Assembly: GCA_964035545.1 (NCBI GenBank)
Contig: OZ037767.1
Span: 4,108,707 to 4,172,706, forward strand
Length of the DNA stretch: 64,000 nucleotides
Direction: 5' to 3'
Origin: Bugula neritina
Lineage: Eukaryota; Animalia; Bryozoa
Made by a program: the position numbers and the translations under genes
The notes under the pieces: model-generated
What the model was told of the DNA's origin: nothing
The model's input: the letters and a program-made list of their open reading frames with translations, nothing else
The model's database searches: none
In this document: in pieces, positions 1 through 12,126 of the stretch
Layout of the letters: each line of letters starts with the position of its first letter
How positions within the stretch are numbered: position 1 is the first letter of the stretch

Positions 1-1769
1 TGTGGAATTTTTAAATTTTTACGCACATTTCTGGTCAACAGGGGTTCACATATGTTATGTTGATATTCCCTGGTAACTCCCAAGTTATTCAAGAAGTTGA
101 AGGTCTGCAGTTTGGTTCTCACTAAGGCAACAATTTCTGCAACACGGCATATTTGAATTTATGTTTTTCTTGCTGGATATATTATTACGTTAGATTTTGC
201 TATAGGTTCAGCTTTTATAAAACAATTTGCTCCATGATTTTTTAGTTCTGTAATGTAATCAGCATTTGTCAGAGTGATGGTAAGAAGTTGCAGTCAAAGA
301 TGCCAGTAGCTGTGGTATTACCTACTATTTTTTTCTGTTTCAAACCCAAAATACACCCCTAACTGTCCCCAATGGCTGCAAACTCCTGGTCAGACACTAT
401 TCTAGACATATATACCTAACTGTAGATCCGTAACTCTAGTAAATAATCAGCTTTTTATTTTGTTTAAATCAACTAAGACTCTTTTGCTCTTTTGCCGTAG
501 TAAAAATGTTACAGTTAGTCTGTGAATTTTCCTGTAAGAAATTTTTAAAATGTCAGCATAGAATATTTTTGTTATGTTATGTTTGCAGTTTGATAGCTAC
601 ATGGTAAGTGTAGTCAGTTTTGTTATATGCTAACATTTTTTATGCTGCTTTAAATATTTCCTGCCTGCTGTTTTACCGTAAAGAGTCATTTACCATTTAA
701 AGGTAGCTATAGCTATATATAATAATTTCCTCGCAATTTATTCCGATAAATTCAATGCTATAAAAAACACATTTCATTCATTAAATATATGTTCAGTAAC
801 CCAATAGAAAGGTGCAGCTTACACTATAAAAATACAATGCCACGGCACTGGCACATTATATACTTTAGGGGTTAAACTGTAAAAAACAGCTGAAAATCAT
901 AATTTCCTTTAATGGTATTTTGACAGCTTTAGATAGGCTGAGAATTTGAGAACTGACACAAATAGCAACTGCCTTTGCAGGCTTTCTGTAACGTCTTTAT
1001 TCCTCATGCTTAGACATTCTTTTTTGTCTACCAGCTTTTCTACCAGCTTAAACGTGAGCCGTTTAAAGAGAATATTCATAGTTAAGCCTACCTGATTTCA
1101 AATATAGTTGAATTACTTTAAAATGTAAGTCCTGAGTACCGATAGAAAGGGTGAGATATGTTCCAGTAATAAAAAAATTTAGAAATCAGTTTAGTAAAGT
1201 TCACTTTCCTTAAAGTTTCACTCCTTACTTAAAATTCTCATCTCACTTTCAGTTGGAAGAGCATAAGATTAGCAGGAAGTCCTCTGATCTCTTAATGTAT
1301 TTTGTAAACACCTATTTGCTAATTTATGTAAAGACAACTCCACCTTATTCCTACATCGAATGCAGGTATACAAGTATTCAATCCCGACTAGCTTCGCTAT
1401 TGTGCATATGGACCCTCATCGCTGATTTTTTTCTATTTTTCAACTTATGACATAAACTACTATTTGATGAAAATACAAACAAACAAACAAACAAATCACA
1501 TAAAACTATTTTACCAATATTTCTTACGTGAAATGTATTGTATTCATTTTCTACAAATCAGGATGAAATAAAAACAGATCAAGTTATTTAATTTAGCATC
1601 AAATTTGATAGAATTTTAAAAAAAGTAAATTTTTTACAGCAACTGAAAGCGAAAAGCTATTTCAGTAAAATCATAATTAGTGTTGAGCTATTGTAATTTT
1701 TATTGAAAGCTTTTAACCATGTAATTTATTCAGCACACTGGATTTCAGCATTTTGCCCCTTTATAAAAA

Positions 1770-2053
1770 TGTGACCTCCCACCACAAAACAGGGACCGTT
1801 TGTCAGAATTTCAAAATTAAGTTATAAGTATAGAATTATAGAGCAAATCTTTGCAATCGTTTTGCAATTTATTTGAAGTCTCTTGTACAAATACAACTCA
1901 AGGTATTGATATTCAAAAGCCTTGGCGTTTTTAAAACAGTCAATTCACGTTTTTGAGAAATCCGCTTTTAAAATAAGCAAGTCAGGAATAATTTATGGAT
2001 TATTTGCTTACATTTGCGAAGCCTTAGCAACATTTACACTAGCGGCTATATTT
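1770..2053. mobile_element. Arm-specific ~280 bp segment, probable truncated non-autonomous DNA transposon
   Basis: Present in the left arm only (the right arm reads straight through ...TATAAAAAT|ATAGCT at ~22310-22325). Begins TGTGACCTCCCACCACAAAAC, resembling TGTGACC-type MITE termini; no matching right TIR seen. Confidence 0.45.
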
Positions 2054-2097
2054 AATATAGCTGCTTTATCTCAGATAAATTTTTTCTCAGTTCAAAT

Positions 2098-2542
2098 GGT
2101 TTCATCCCACTTAGAAGCTTTCCAGTTGGACGCTAATTTTTATTTTCTTTCCATTTTATATAGTAAAATACCAATAATCTAACTGTTGGATTGATTGCTA
2201 AATAGCTAATACGCTAACAGCTATAATAGCTAATATAAATTATCTGAAATAGCATTTTAATTTTCACGGATTTGTGGAGGGCAAAAAAAACAGTAATACA
2301 TTAATGATAGACATTATCTTTGATGAATATTCATTAACAAATTTCTTTTCAAGCATCAAGAAGCATAGAAAATGCAAAATTAATAAGCTTATGCAGATCA
2401 AAGAAATTTTTTATGTGCAAATTAACAAGCAATTGATCCAAATTTATTTAAATATACATATATTTTGATAATATTCAAACAAATCTCAGATACAATATAT
2501 ATTGTACCAAAATAATAAATCGCGTCTACATGGGATGAAACC
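2098..2542. mobile_element. MITE-like segment bounded by imperfect inverted repeats
   Basis: GGTTTCATCCCACTTAGAAGC (2098) vs GCGTCTACATGGGATGAAACC (2522-2542); homologous element at ~21764-22290 in the other arm. Confidence 0.55.
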
Positions 2543-5500
2543 TTTTCTTTGTTTAATAACAGCTTGTCAACACAATTTTAATTATCAATCTTTTAACTTG
2601 CTGCATTTATTAACCCAATTTAATTGTAATTCTAATTTCCTAAAGTGTGAGTAAATTTGTTGTCAATGTAGCTTTGTAATAAAATAACTCTGTCCCAAAA
2701 GTCATCAACCAAAAAAACAAAGTATTAAATAAAATACATTAAATTTATAGCAACTTGATGTCATAATAACCAGTACTTAGCTAAAAAAAAGCCAGCCTAT
2801 ATTCTAATTATCTACTAAAATAATTAAATTAAACAAAATTTATAGAGGCTTGAAGAGCCTAAAGCTCCGTTTTAAGTAGTCAAATTTCAAAATTGTCAAG
2901 ATTGTACAAAGATTTTGTGGACTCATGGGATATTAGTCACCCCATTTGCAATTTGTCCATTTTATAATTATACATTTTTGAGATGGCGTTTTCAAAAGAG
3001 CAGAGATTTCATATATGTTCTCATAATCTCTTTCTGAGAACATGTATGTAAAATATTGTATAGGTCACTTAACATTGCCAAATCAACTTCAACCATCAGC
3101 TTCTCTGGGATTTTCCAAATTCAAGAAAAATAGTTGTCACTAGTTTTGTAACACAGTCATCAAAACACTAGCTGGCAGCTTTAGTGTTTTGTCTCTAGTT
3201 AAACTGTATATAAAAAAATTCTAGTTCTATATTGACACCGTTATCTAGCCGTTCAAGTTTGTTGAGGAGATTAATTGTGTTCTTTTTGAGCTAAAATAAT
3301 TGACTGTTTCAATTGAAAGCAAAAGACAGTGGGAATAAAATTTCCATAAAATCAACTGAGAATAATTTGGTTGGCAGAAAGATGCAGGAAGTACAAAACT
3401 ATAAAAAGCTGTATAAAAGCAGCAGCAGCTAAGGCAGCACAGACTGATCAGTATTTTATAAAGTAATTTTAATTTTTGCAAGAATGAGCTTTCTGGGTAG
3501 CTTTTACTTCATATTTCTTCAAAATGCTCTACTAGTGACCTTTGTACCTGCGTGCAATTTCTTTTTTAAAAATTGTTGTTTGACTTCAGATATTTTTTAC
3601 AAACTTGATGTGTCTTATGTTAATGTATATTATTTAAGAAAAAAGTGTTCTCATACTAGTGGTCAAAGCAGCGTCCTAAGAAAGTACTGAGGTTAACACT
3701 TAACAACGTGGGTGGTGCAGTGTGGAGTTAATAAGGGTTTCTCCACGAACAAAGATTTAAAAAACATGCGTTTCCTATTTACCAATGAGGTGTTTAGATG
3801 AACATCTTTTGCTACCTATGATTGGTCAATTGTCTATGTGATGTTTTTGAAGCCTAAACCATGCTTTTGTGTAAATTGTTTTTATGGTACCTTTCTCGTA
3901 TAGATACATAACTATTTGTGCCCAAAACTATTTTAATCAGAGTGAAAATTATTAATAGTGTTTTGTGTTTTTAAACCAATTTTGCCTGATTCCCATTACA
4001 GATATACCTGCAAAGGTGGTGGAATTTTGGTGACTTTGAGGAGAACTGGATTCTATTGCTGGTGTTTTGCAATAAGGTAGATAAATAATTATACTTTAAT
4101 TCAAGTCATTGACATAACTAATTTGAGCTTTGAGCATAGAATTATATTAAAGCAATCATTTAATTATTTGCTTGTTATACAGAAAAGTTTGGAAGAGATG
4201 AAACTTTTAATGTAAAAATTAAGTTTTTCATTTATTATTCATGAAATAGTAAGAAATAAACTGATTTGAAGTGGAGTATTGCGAGTTACATAACTATAAA
4301 ATATGCTAGAAGCAGTAAATAACTTGTTGGAGTAAATATTGTGCAACAGTTAGTAAGTTTCACTACTAGCTTGTATTATTTTCTCTCTAGATAAATGTTC
4401 TTTGATGTCTGTAAGTTATATACATATATTAGACTTTTATTTAAATTGTAAATGATATCGCATCAAATTGTGAACTTATATATATGCTGCTGCATAACTA
4501 TTCAGGTGTGAATAGCTAGGCTAAACTGTCATACAATAGATTAGCTGATGAAATTTTCAGACTGCAACCCAAATTTAGCATTAAAACTAGTTTATACTAA
4601 AACATTAAAGGAGTGGTTTATCTAACTAGGAATACCTATTATTTTCAAACAAATCATGCAAGGCCATTCTATAGAGACAAAAGCTCTAGTTAATACCTAT
4701 GTGCAGGTATTCAGCTAGTAAGCACTGTGAACTAGTGTTACGTAACATATAATTGTATATAATTTATATTCTGTCTAAGTAGTCTGCAGTAGACAGCATT
4801 AAATTTATGAGTAAGTTATTATTTAGATAGCAATCAAACCACTGCAGTGTCTATTTGTTCAGTCTACAAATCTTAGGACTATCACAGTGCAAACTAGCTC
4901 ATCTTAGTGCTGGGTTTGGAATTTGCTTGAAGCAGCACAAACTTGGTGGTCACTGAGTGCATTAGTGTAGTAAGAGGGGATTGAGTTTGGAGAGTTGAAA
5001 TTGGTCTATGCAACTCGGTGCTGCTTTTAGTAACTTCTGAAGAGTTTTGTCAATAGTCTAAGTTCTTAAAATATGTGTAATTCAAGAAGTTGTCCACCTT
5101 TGACATTTTACTATAAAATATCCAACAAAAAACTCAGAAACCCTACCATGTAGAAATATAAACTCTGCATTTAGCAAAGGGTGAGGCAATATTATACATT
5201 TCTATATGATATGGAAGTAAATGAGTCATTACAGTTCTGTATACAAGCTAAAATTTACTCTTGCAGTAATATTACACGTATAGAAATATATTAAGAGTAC
5301 ACTCACCTGCATGATGTGTATTTGTACAATTACCTATTAGTTTGCATTGAAATATACTTCTGTGATTAAAAGATGCAGAATTAGAATTAGCATGTTCATG
5401 AAGAAAGTATAATAACTTGAGTTACTGCACACAGTTGTAGCTTTCAATTTAAAAGCTGAGGCAGCTATAGTCATAACACACACAGCTTCTACATCAACTG

Positions 5501-8500
5501 AGTACATGTAAAAGAGTAAACTGATAAAATACTGTCCAACAGTTGAGTATGTCCTGTGGTTTTATTTTATGATTTTATGTAGTTGAGTATTCTTCAGATT
5601 AATCTAAAGCAGATGTTTTTAGCCCCTGATTTGGTAGGCAGTATTTCATGTCTTCTAATAACAGTCAGCATAATGGGTGGGACATAATGTAAGTATATCT
5701 GCAGGGTGTAAGTGTACCTGCATTATATTAGTACATTTAGTGTAGGTAACAAGTTTATTCATGTATTTGCCCATATAATCTCCTTCCCCACTTTTTTCAA
5801 AATGCTGGTCTGTTTAGCTGTTTACAGGGGTTATATGACAATATTTTTTGTTATTCTATCTAGCAAAATGAGGTTGAAACAATATTTGGAATACCCGTAT
5901 AAACAGGAGAAAATAAAAAATATATTTAAGACAAAAACAGTTTCAAATACATCTATCAGAATCACACACAATTATAGTTTATTTTTATGAGTAGAAAGGG
6001 AGATGACTCTATATTACTGCACCAGGTAGACTGACTGGATATTATTTTTCTTTCTTTTCTTATTATCTTTTGAATAAAACATAGATTATTCTGATTGACC
6101 TTAATGTTTAATGGATTTAGAAATGAAAGCAACCGACAGTATCTAGTTTTTGCTTTGTGAATCTGTCTTTGAATTAATTGTTTAGTTGATATAGTCCTAT
6201 ATAATATTAAATAATTTGGAAAAATGATGTTGTTGGAGTATTGCATGAAATTTATATATTCTGTACCTCAACTTCATTTGCTAACAATATCTTGCTATGC
6301 ATTATTTTGTATCTAATGTTTTCTCCTTGCTATATTATGCAACTGTTGTACATCGAATGCTTTTTACCTGTATGACTATCTTTTGTTATTACTGCAATAG
6401 CATATAATATGGTTGTTTTCTAGAAAGTTGTATTATGTTTACTGAATTAATTTCGGATTTTACTGGGGCCAAAAGTGCTTACAAATTTAAATGGGAGGAC
6501 AACTTCATCTATGTCTCATGTTTAAAAATAGAATATTTAATAATATAAACAATATGCCTTCATGTTGATGAATATTCTTCTCCCATGTGTTGACTGTATT
6601 ATTATAAGTTTAAATTTGTCTTTGACCAAACATTATAAGGCTCTCTCCATTACAACAGCTAAATATCAATGGTAGTAACACTTACTGTGGTTAATATTAG
6701 TTGCAGCAATATTGAATTTTACTTTTAATTTGATGGTTTTAAATGCCTAGAAAGCATTAAATTATTTAACTTTAATTTTTTTCCTTCAAGCATTTTTCCT
6801 TCAGATTTTTTTCCACTTTTATTTTCTACAAATGTACTACTGTAAATTATACCTTATTAAAGTGGTACAAATTGCATGCTTTGATCATATTATGTAGTTT
6901 ATTGCAGTTAATTTTTGCCACTGTTTATACAGTTTCTAAAAACATGATATAATTTAATTCATTCGCTCATCTCAACAATAATATACTAGAATATTTCAAA
7001 CTCTGTTATTATAGCATAACATGCTAAGCTATACGTTTAGCATTTTGCAGACAAGCTGTGCCTACAAGTACAAGCATATTACATGAACATAACCTGATAT
7101 AGCTTCTATAGCAATGCAGCTTGTGGCTAAACTATAGCTAGCTATAATATGACCATCTACTATCAAATGTTGCTTTTAGGTGAATAAAAGAAAAGGAGAG
7201 AGAACTGTGACGCAAGAAAGATACTGTTGGTGACTCTGGTGTGACAGGTCAATGCAAGTGACTTACAGATACAGGTCTCTAAAATGGCACAAAACAGTAA
7301 GTTTGTATTGCAGTCACACTTTGGTCTATTGCATTCTTCAATTAGTAATAGAGGTTGAGGTAGGTAAAGCAAAAATGAAATTTGAAAGACATTTCTTTGA
7401 AGCACAGGCTGAAGTTCTCTTGAAAAAGTCTTTTTTACTATATATTATATTTTTAATATAGAACACAGGCTTTTCTATATTTTCCCACGCTGCCCCTACA
7501 TCCATGCATTGCAAAGACATAAGCAATTAGATTTCCACGCTCCACTGGTATCACAAAGGTCTAATGGCTATAGTATGTTATATGCAATAAAAGCCATCAT
7601 ATTTCTTGTCAACATATATAATGAGATTCAAACTGTCAGCGTTTTGTTTTGAATTTGAAAAGCTTCAGCTTGGGTAATGATTAATACTTGAAAGCTTGAA
7701 ATTAACATCTGCACCACCTGCATTTAGGAGTAAAGCTTTTCAATAATTTATTTAAATTTTTCAAACTGAAGTTTCCAGAAGTTGTAATAACAATAGATTT
7801 ATGTTTAAAATTCAAAATTTGAAAGAAATCACTTAATTGGCGTCATATGCAGATTAAATAAAGTTACATAATATAGCAATCTCTTAAGATTTCTTTTCAA
7901 AATACACAACAAGATATTTACTGGTGAAGCTTTGTGCTGACTTTAGTAGCTTCATCTTTACTAATTAAATTAAACTTTAAAGTTTGAAGCAAACATTTGC
8001 ACCATCTGGCATGATATAGTTGAAGTTTTAAAACATATACTATTACTTTATATGTTTATCTCACTTTATATTGAAAGATGGAAATTACTGTATGAGTCAT
8101 CTATTTGTCTTGTGTAGTTCCGTGCAATAGTTAATTTCTTCAAACCTGTGGCTCTAAAATATTTCCTCAATATTTTCAGCTTTGCATTTTTAAATTTTCT
8201 GACTTATATAAAAACAAAGTTTTTAAACACTTGAATTATCTTAGCATTAGAAACAAAGATAATAATTGTTACTGTGTTTGTAATGCAGGTAAAATGTCAA
8301 TTTGAATAAGTGTTATTCATTTCACCTGTCAGTCCCAATTCTCATGTTTCAAATTTATTTGAGATCAAAAAGCTGCTAATAATTCAACAAGTTTTTAAGT
8401 AAATACTTTAAAACTGTATTTAGCATTTTCCAAGTTCTCAAAAGTGACTACCCCCTTTTAATAATTTTGAAAAATAATTTCATACATGTGGTCAAGTGAA

Positions 8501-8882
8501 AACACAAACTATGCTGCAATATGAATTATTTCTTTTAGCAGCACTGTATTTGAAATAAGTGGGTTGAGAAATTAAAAGATACTGGTGGGACATTTACAAG
8601 TATCACAGGAAATAGAGAACCCAGTACCATTGATATACCTTATCTAGAGATATCAATTATAGTTGAAAATTATTTAACCAGTTGCTCAACAAGTATAAAT
8701 TTAAAATCTGTCAATTGGTTAGTAAATAATAATATGATGCAAGTTGCATGATTTCAAAGAGAGGATGATTCTTATTCAACAAGAAATTTAGATATTTGAA
8801 TTGTTAAATTATGTATTTGATGAATATTGTGACGCTCTCTCCGTTATACAATAGAAATATTAATAATGATGTAATGATTTCT

Positions 8883-8935
8883 ATTGGATGTTAAAAGTTT
8901 ACAGTTACAAGCTGCATGCAGATTTGGGTATATAA
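8883..8935 (+). promoter_or_regulatory. Core promoter of Kunitz A1: reverse CCAAT (ATTGG 8883-8887) and TATATAA (8929-8935)
   Basis: About 130 bp upstream of ATG 9066; GATTTGGGTATATAAG is conserved in the inverted copy (TATA 15027-15033) and at ~37366-37381. Confidence 0.65.
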
Positions 8936-9065
8936 GGACCGAAATTACTGAAATAAATATCATAACATTGTAAATTGTTACTTGAAGCAGTATTATCTAC
9001 TTTATTGCTATACTCTAAGCAACATTTTTAAATTAATTTAAATTATCCTAATTAACTCTGCAATA

Positions 9066-10859
9066 ATGGACATGCTTATGTTTTTCGCTATGATGGCATT
9101 TATCCTTTTGATCCAAGTGAGGGTGGTACAGGGATCTGGTATGTCAACTACATAAATTTACTTTAATTTTCAAACTTATAAGTAATTTTTATGTTAAGCA
9201 GGAATTTCAATGATGTTAAATAATGCTGAATAACATGAATATAAGTTTCATGTACTTATATTTCTATGCAATTTTATTTCACCATGATTTATTTAACCGG
9301 GTTCAATGTGTGCATGAAGATATATCAGTAATTGTCGTACTAAATCACGTTGTATTCCAGTCACTAGTATGTCTATGCTCTATACCCTTACATTAAACTG
9401 TATTATATTATGTTTAAAGGAAGGAGATGTCTCTATCCCAAAGATAGAGGTGTCTATCGACGTTATGGAATAGCACTGCGCTATTACTATGACGCGATAG
9501 GCAGCAAAAGATGTCGCTCCTTCCTGTTCTCTGGATCAGGAGGAAACAGCAACAACTTCATGTAAGTAATCTCTATTATTGTTGTCATAGAATAATTACT
9601 CCAAATTCGTTTTTGAAAATATGATTATTTTTAAGAATGTAGTATTACGTTATATTTATATGATACTTCATAAATTTTTTTTTAATAAAATGAAAGAATT
9701 TGAAAAGATGAGACAAAATAAATTAAAACACTAACTTTTTATATGTTCCTCTAAAGTAATGGGCTATATTATCAGGTTTTGAAGTAGACTAATTGTCAAA
9801 GTTGGAGTTAGTGTCTCTTATCATGAAATTATTTTCAGTACTCATAAGTTTTAAAAGTTCCTAAAACAGATTATACTGAACTAATTTGCATCATGTTTAG
9901 TTATACAACAACTTAATAGAACTCAGATACCCAGAATTCACAGTTGATCTGTGCTGTGGAAGAAGGTCATGGTGATTGCATAGCTTTATATACTTAGTAA
10001 CGCTTCTTCCAAATGTAATCAAGTGTCATATGTTTGGTTACAATAGTTCTGTACAAGACTGTGACGATGAGTGTACCTATTCCACAGCCTTGTGCGTTCT
10101 CCCCAAAGAGGAGGGAAATGGAACAGGCCACCATCTCCGGTTTTATTATGACCCTAACACCAGGGCCTGTGAAAGATTTTACTACACAGGATCCAATGGC
10201 AATGCCAACAAGTTTCAGTAAGTAATTTTTTGCTTTAAAAATGTACATTGTTTGCATAAATAATTTTTAATAAATGACTATAATATTTTAAATGAAAATC
10301 ATTTGAAGTAACTGTTTAAAAATCCTAGTACTCTGTATATAGAGTCTACAACTCCAAACTGTTAATTTGCAAGTTTTTTAAATCAAAAATTACGTTTTTT
10401 CAGGAGACTTTCAGACTGTAACTCTCGTTGCAAGCGCAACCTGAGGACAGTCTGTAACCTCCGAGTCCTGAACATTGGTTATTGCCTAACCGACCCTCAT
10501 CCATGGTTCCATAACCGTCTATCTGGTAGATGTGAAGCTATCCGTCAAGGGGGCTGCAATCGGGATGATAATCGATTCGAGTGAGTTTGTAGCACTCTAG
10601 TAACTTATTATTCATATAAAAACTATTTTATCTTAAATTTAGTTTTATTCAAATTTTTATTAAAAATTGTTTTTTTTGTAATTTTTTTATGCAAAAACTT
10701 TATTTATCTATAGTCATGCAAAATGGACACACATGCCTTGGTTACATTGAGATGATGTGTCTGAGGTATATGCATGTAGTATATTATTCATGTGTTTGTT
10801 TATACTATAGGACACAAGAAGAATGTGAATTGACCTGTGGACATCCTACACGGCACTAA
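9066..10859 (+). CDS. Secreted triple-Kunitz/BPTI domain protein, type A copy 1 (203 aa; 4-Cys, 4-Cys, 6-Cys domains)
   Basis: join(9066..9138,9420..9561,10047..10217,10404..10580,10811..10859), all GT-AG, 612 nt in frame: MDMLMFFAMMAFILLIQVRVVQGS|GRRCLYPKDRGVYRRYGIALRYYYDAIGSKRCRSFLFSGSGGNSNNF|ISVQDCDDECTYSTALCVLPKEEGNGTGHHLRFYYDPNTRACERFYYTGSNGNANKF|QRLSDCNSRCKRNLRTVCNLRVLNIGYCLTDPHPWFHNRLSGRCEAIRQGGCNRDDNRF|ETQEECELTCGHPTRH*. Hydrophobic signal peptide; Kunitz C..F..G..GN.N.F....C...C motifs. Confidence 0.93.
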
Positions 10860-11942
10860 TCTAAAGTGTTCAAATTGTCAATTTATTATATTATAAATAT
10901 ATATTATATGTACATATATAAATTAATAATTATAGTTATACAATAATTATTTGCTGTTATTATTATATGCACGTATCGTGTGCTAAAGATGTTATTAACT
11001 TATTTCTTACAGCTTGCTACAAACTTTTTAGTTTGTCTTTTTACTATTATCTTACTATTGTGTTGCCAATGATTATCTCTTTTTCTAGAATGTTTTTTGT
11101 ATAAACCTTTATAACATTCTAAATCATTAGTTGATTCTGGAGAAGTTTTGCTTTTGATTTTAGTTATATAAATGAAGCTATATTGTTGGCAAATAAAATT
11201 ATATGAGTGAATTATATAATCTTGATGAATCTTTTTTAGTTTGTATAACAATTATAATAGACTTTAAAGTTTAAAACAATAAACCTTTGCTGCTGTCTGC
11301 TGTTGGTGAACTAATACAGTACATATTATGTCAACTGAATGAGTTTTTCCACACCTTCACAAAAAGTGTAAACTAGCAATCAGAAAACTGTTTATTGCTA
11401 GTTGATAATTAATGGTAGGCATATCGTAAATCAGATTTCTTAAATATTCAGCTTGAAGGAAAGGATTTATTAATTTCTAGCAATTAGTTACCTAGAAATA
11501 CTTTCTAGGGTTATCTTACCATTTCTTAATGCAGCTTTTGCTGTAAGAACAGAGTAAATAGTTATCTTCTCCTTGTTAAATAAGCTTTCCATCTCATGGT
11601 TAATAAACCTAATGCCAAATTTATAAAATTTACAATAGCATACGTCTACATATACATAGTTACCTTGAGCGGGATCTTAGAGTTATATTTCTTTTCTACT
11701 AGTGTTTACTACTGCTTTATGTGCAACATTCAATTATAATACATAATATTATATGTACTATAATTAGATGTCCACATATGCTTTACTTTTTTTTGCTAGA
11801 TTAACAAAAAATGAAAATGCATGCTGCTTCATATGCACTACATATTAAGCAGCATGCAGTTTCATTTTTTTGTAAACCTAGCAAACATAAGTAAAGCATA
11901 TATCCTTTTACCTTTCTTGCTATATACCAAATACTGGTGGAA

Positions 11943-12126
11943 ACACACATGCACACGCAAACGCACACGCACACGCACATACACAAACATGCACACACAC
12001 TAGCGCACATGCAGGCGCACACACACACGCACGGGCGTGCGCTAGTGTGTGTGCATGTTTGTGTGTGTTCGTGTGCGTGTGTGCGTGTGTGCGTGCGTGC
12101 GTGCGTGCGTGCGTGTGTGTGTGTGT
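11943..12126. repeat. Compound (CA/CG)n-to-(TG/CG)n microsatellite containing a perfect 28 bp inverted repeat
   Basis: ACACAAACATGCACACACACTAGCGCAC (11981-12008) is the exact reverse complement of 12037-12064; 28 nt loop. Confidence 0.95.

Larger units (their letters stand above)
1085..11660 (+). repeat. Left arm of ~10.6 kb inverted segmental duplication
   Basis: Reverse-complement matches to 12280-23000 along the length, e.g. TGTAAGTCCTGAGTACCGATAGAA (~1124) vs ~22935-22958; 7461-7604 identical to ~16356-16499; Kunitz gene 9066-10859 vs 13096-14906. Boundaries approximate. Confidence 0.93.

Noticed and set aside
463-505. Extension of the palindrome via CTTTTGCCGTAGTAAA matching ~24153-24168 inverted
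   Set aside because: Off the symmetry axis by several hundred bp, and a related motif occurs in direct orientation at ~23060; more likely a dispersed repeat.
3245-3690. ORFs 3245-3481 and 3484-3690 with counterparts at 20336-20742 as conserved genes
   Set aside because: Similarity is due to the inverted duplication; ORF starts and lengths differ between arms and no motifs were recognised.
9976-10221. ORF-track 81 aa protein as a standalone gene
   Set aside because: Only 10047-10217 is exon; the N-terminal part is intron and the stop lies in the donor GTAAGT.
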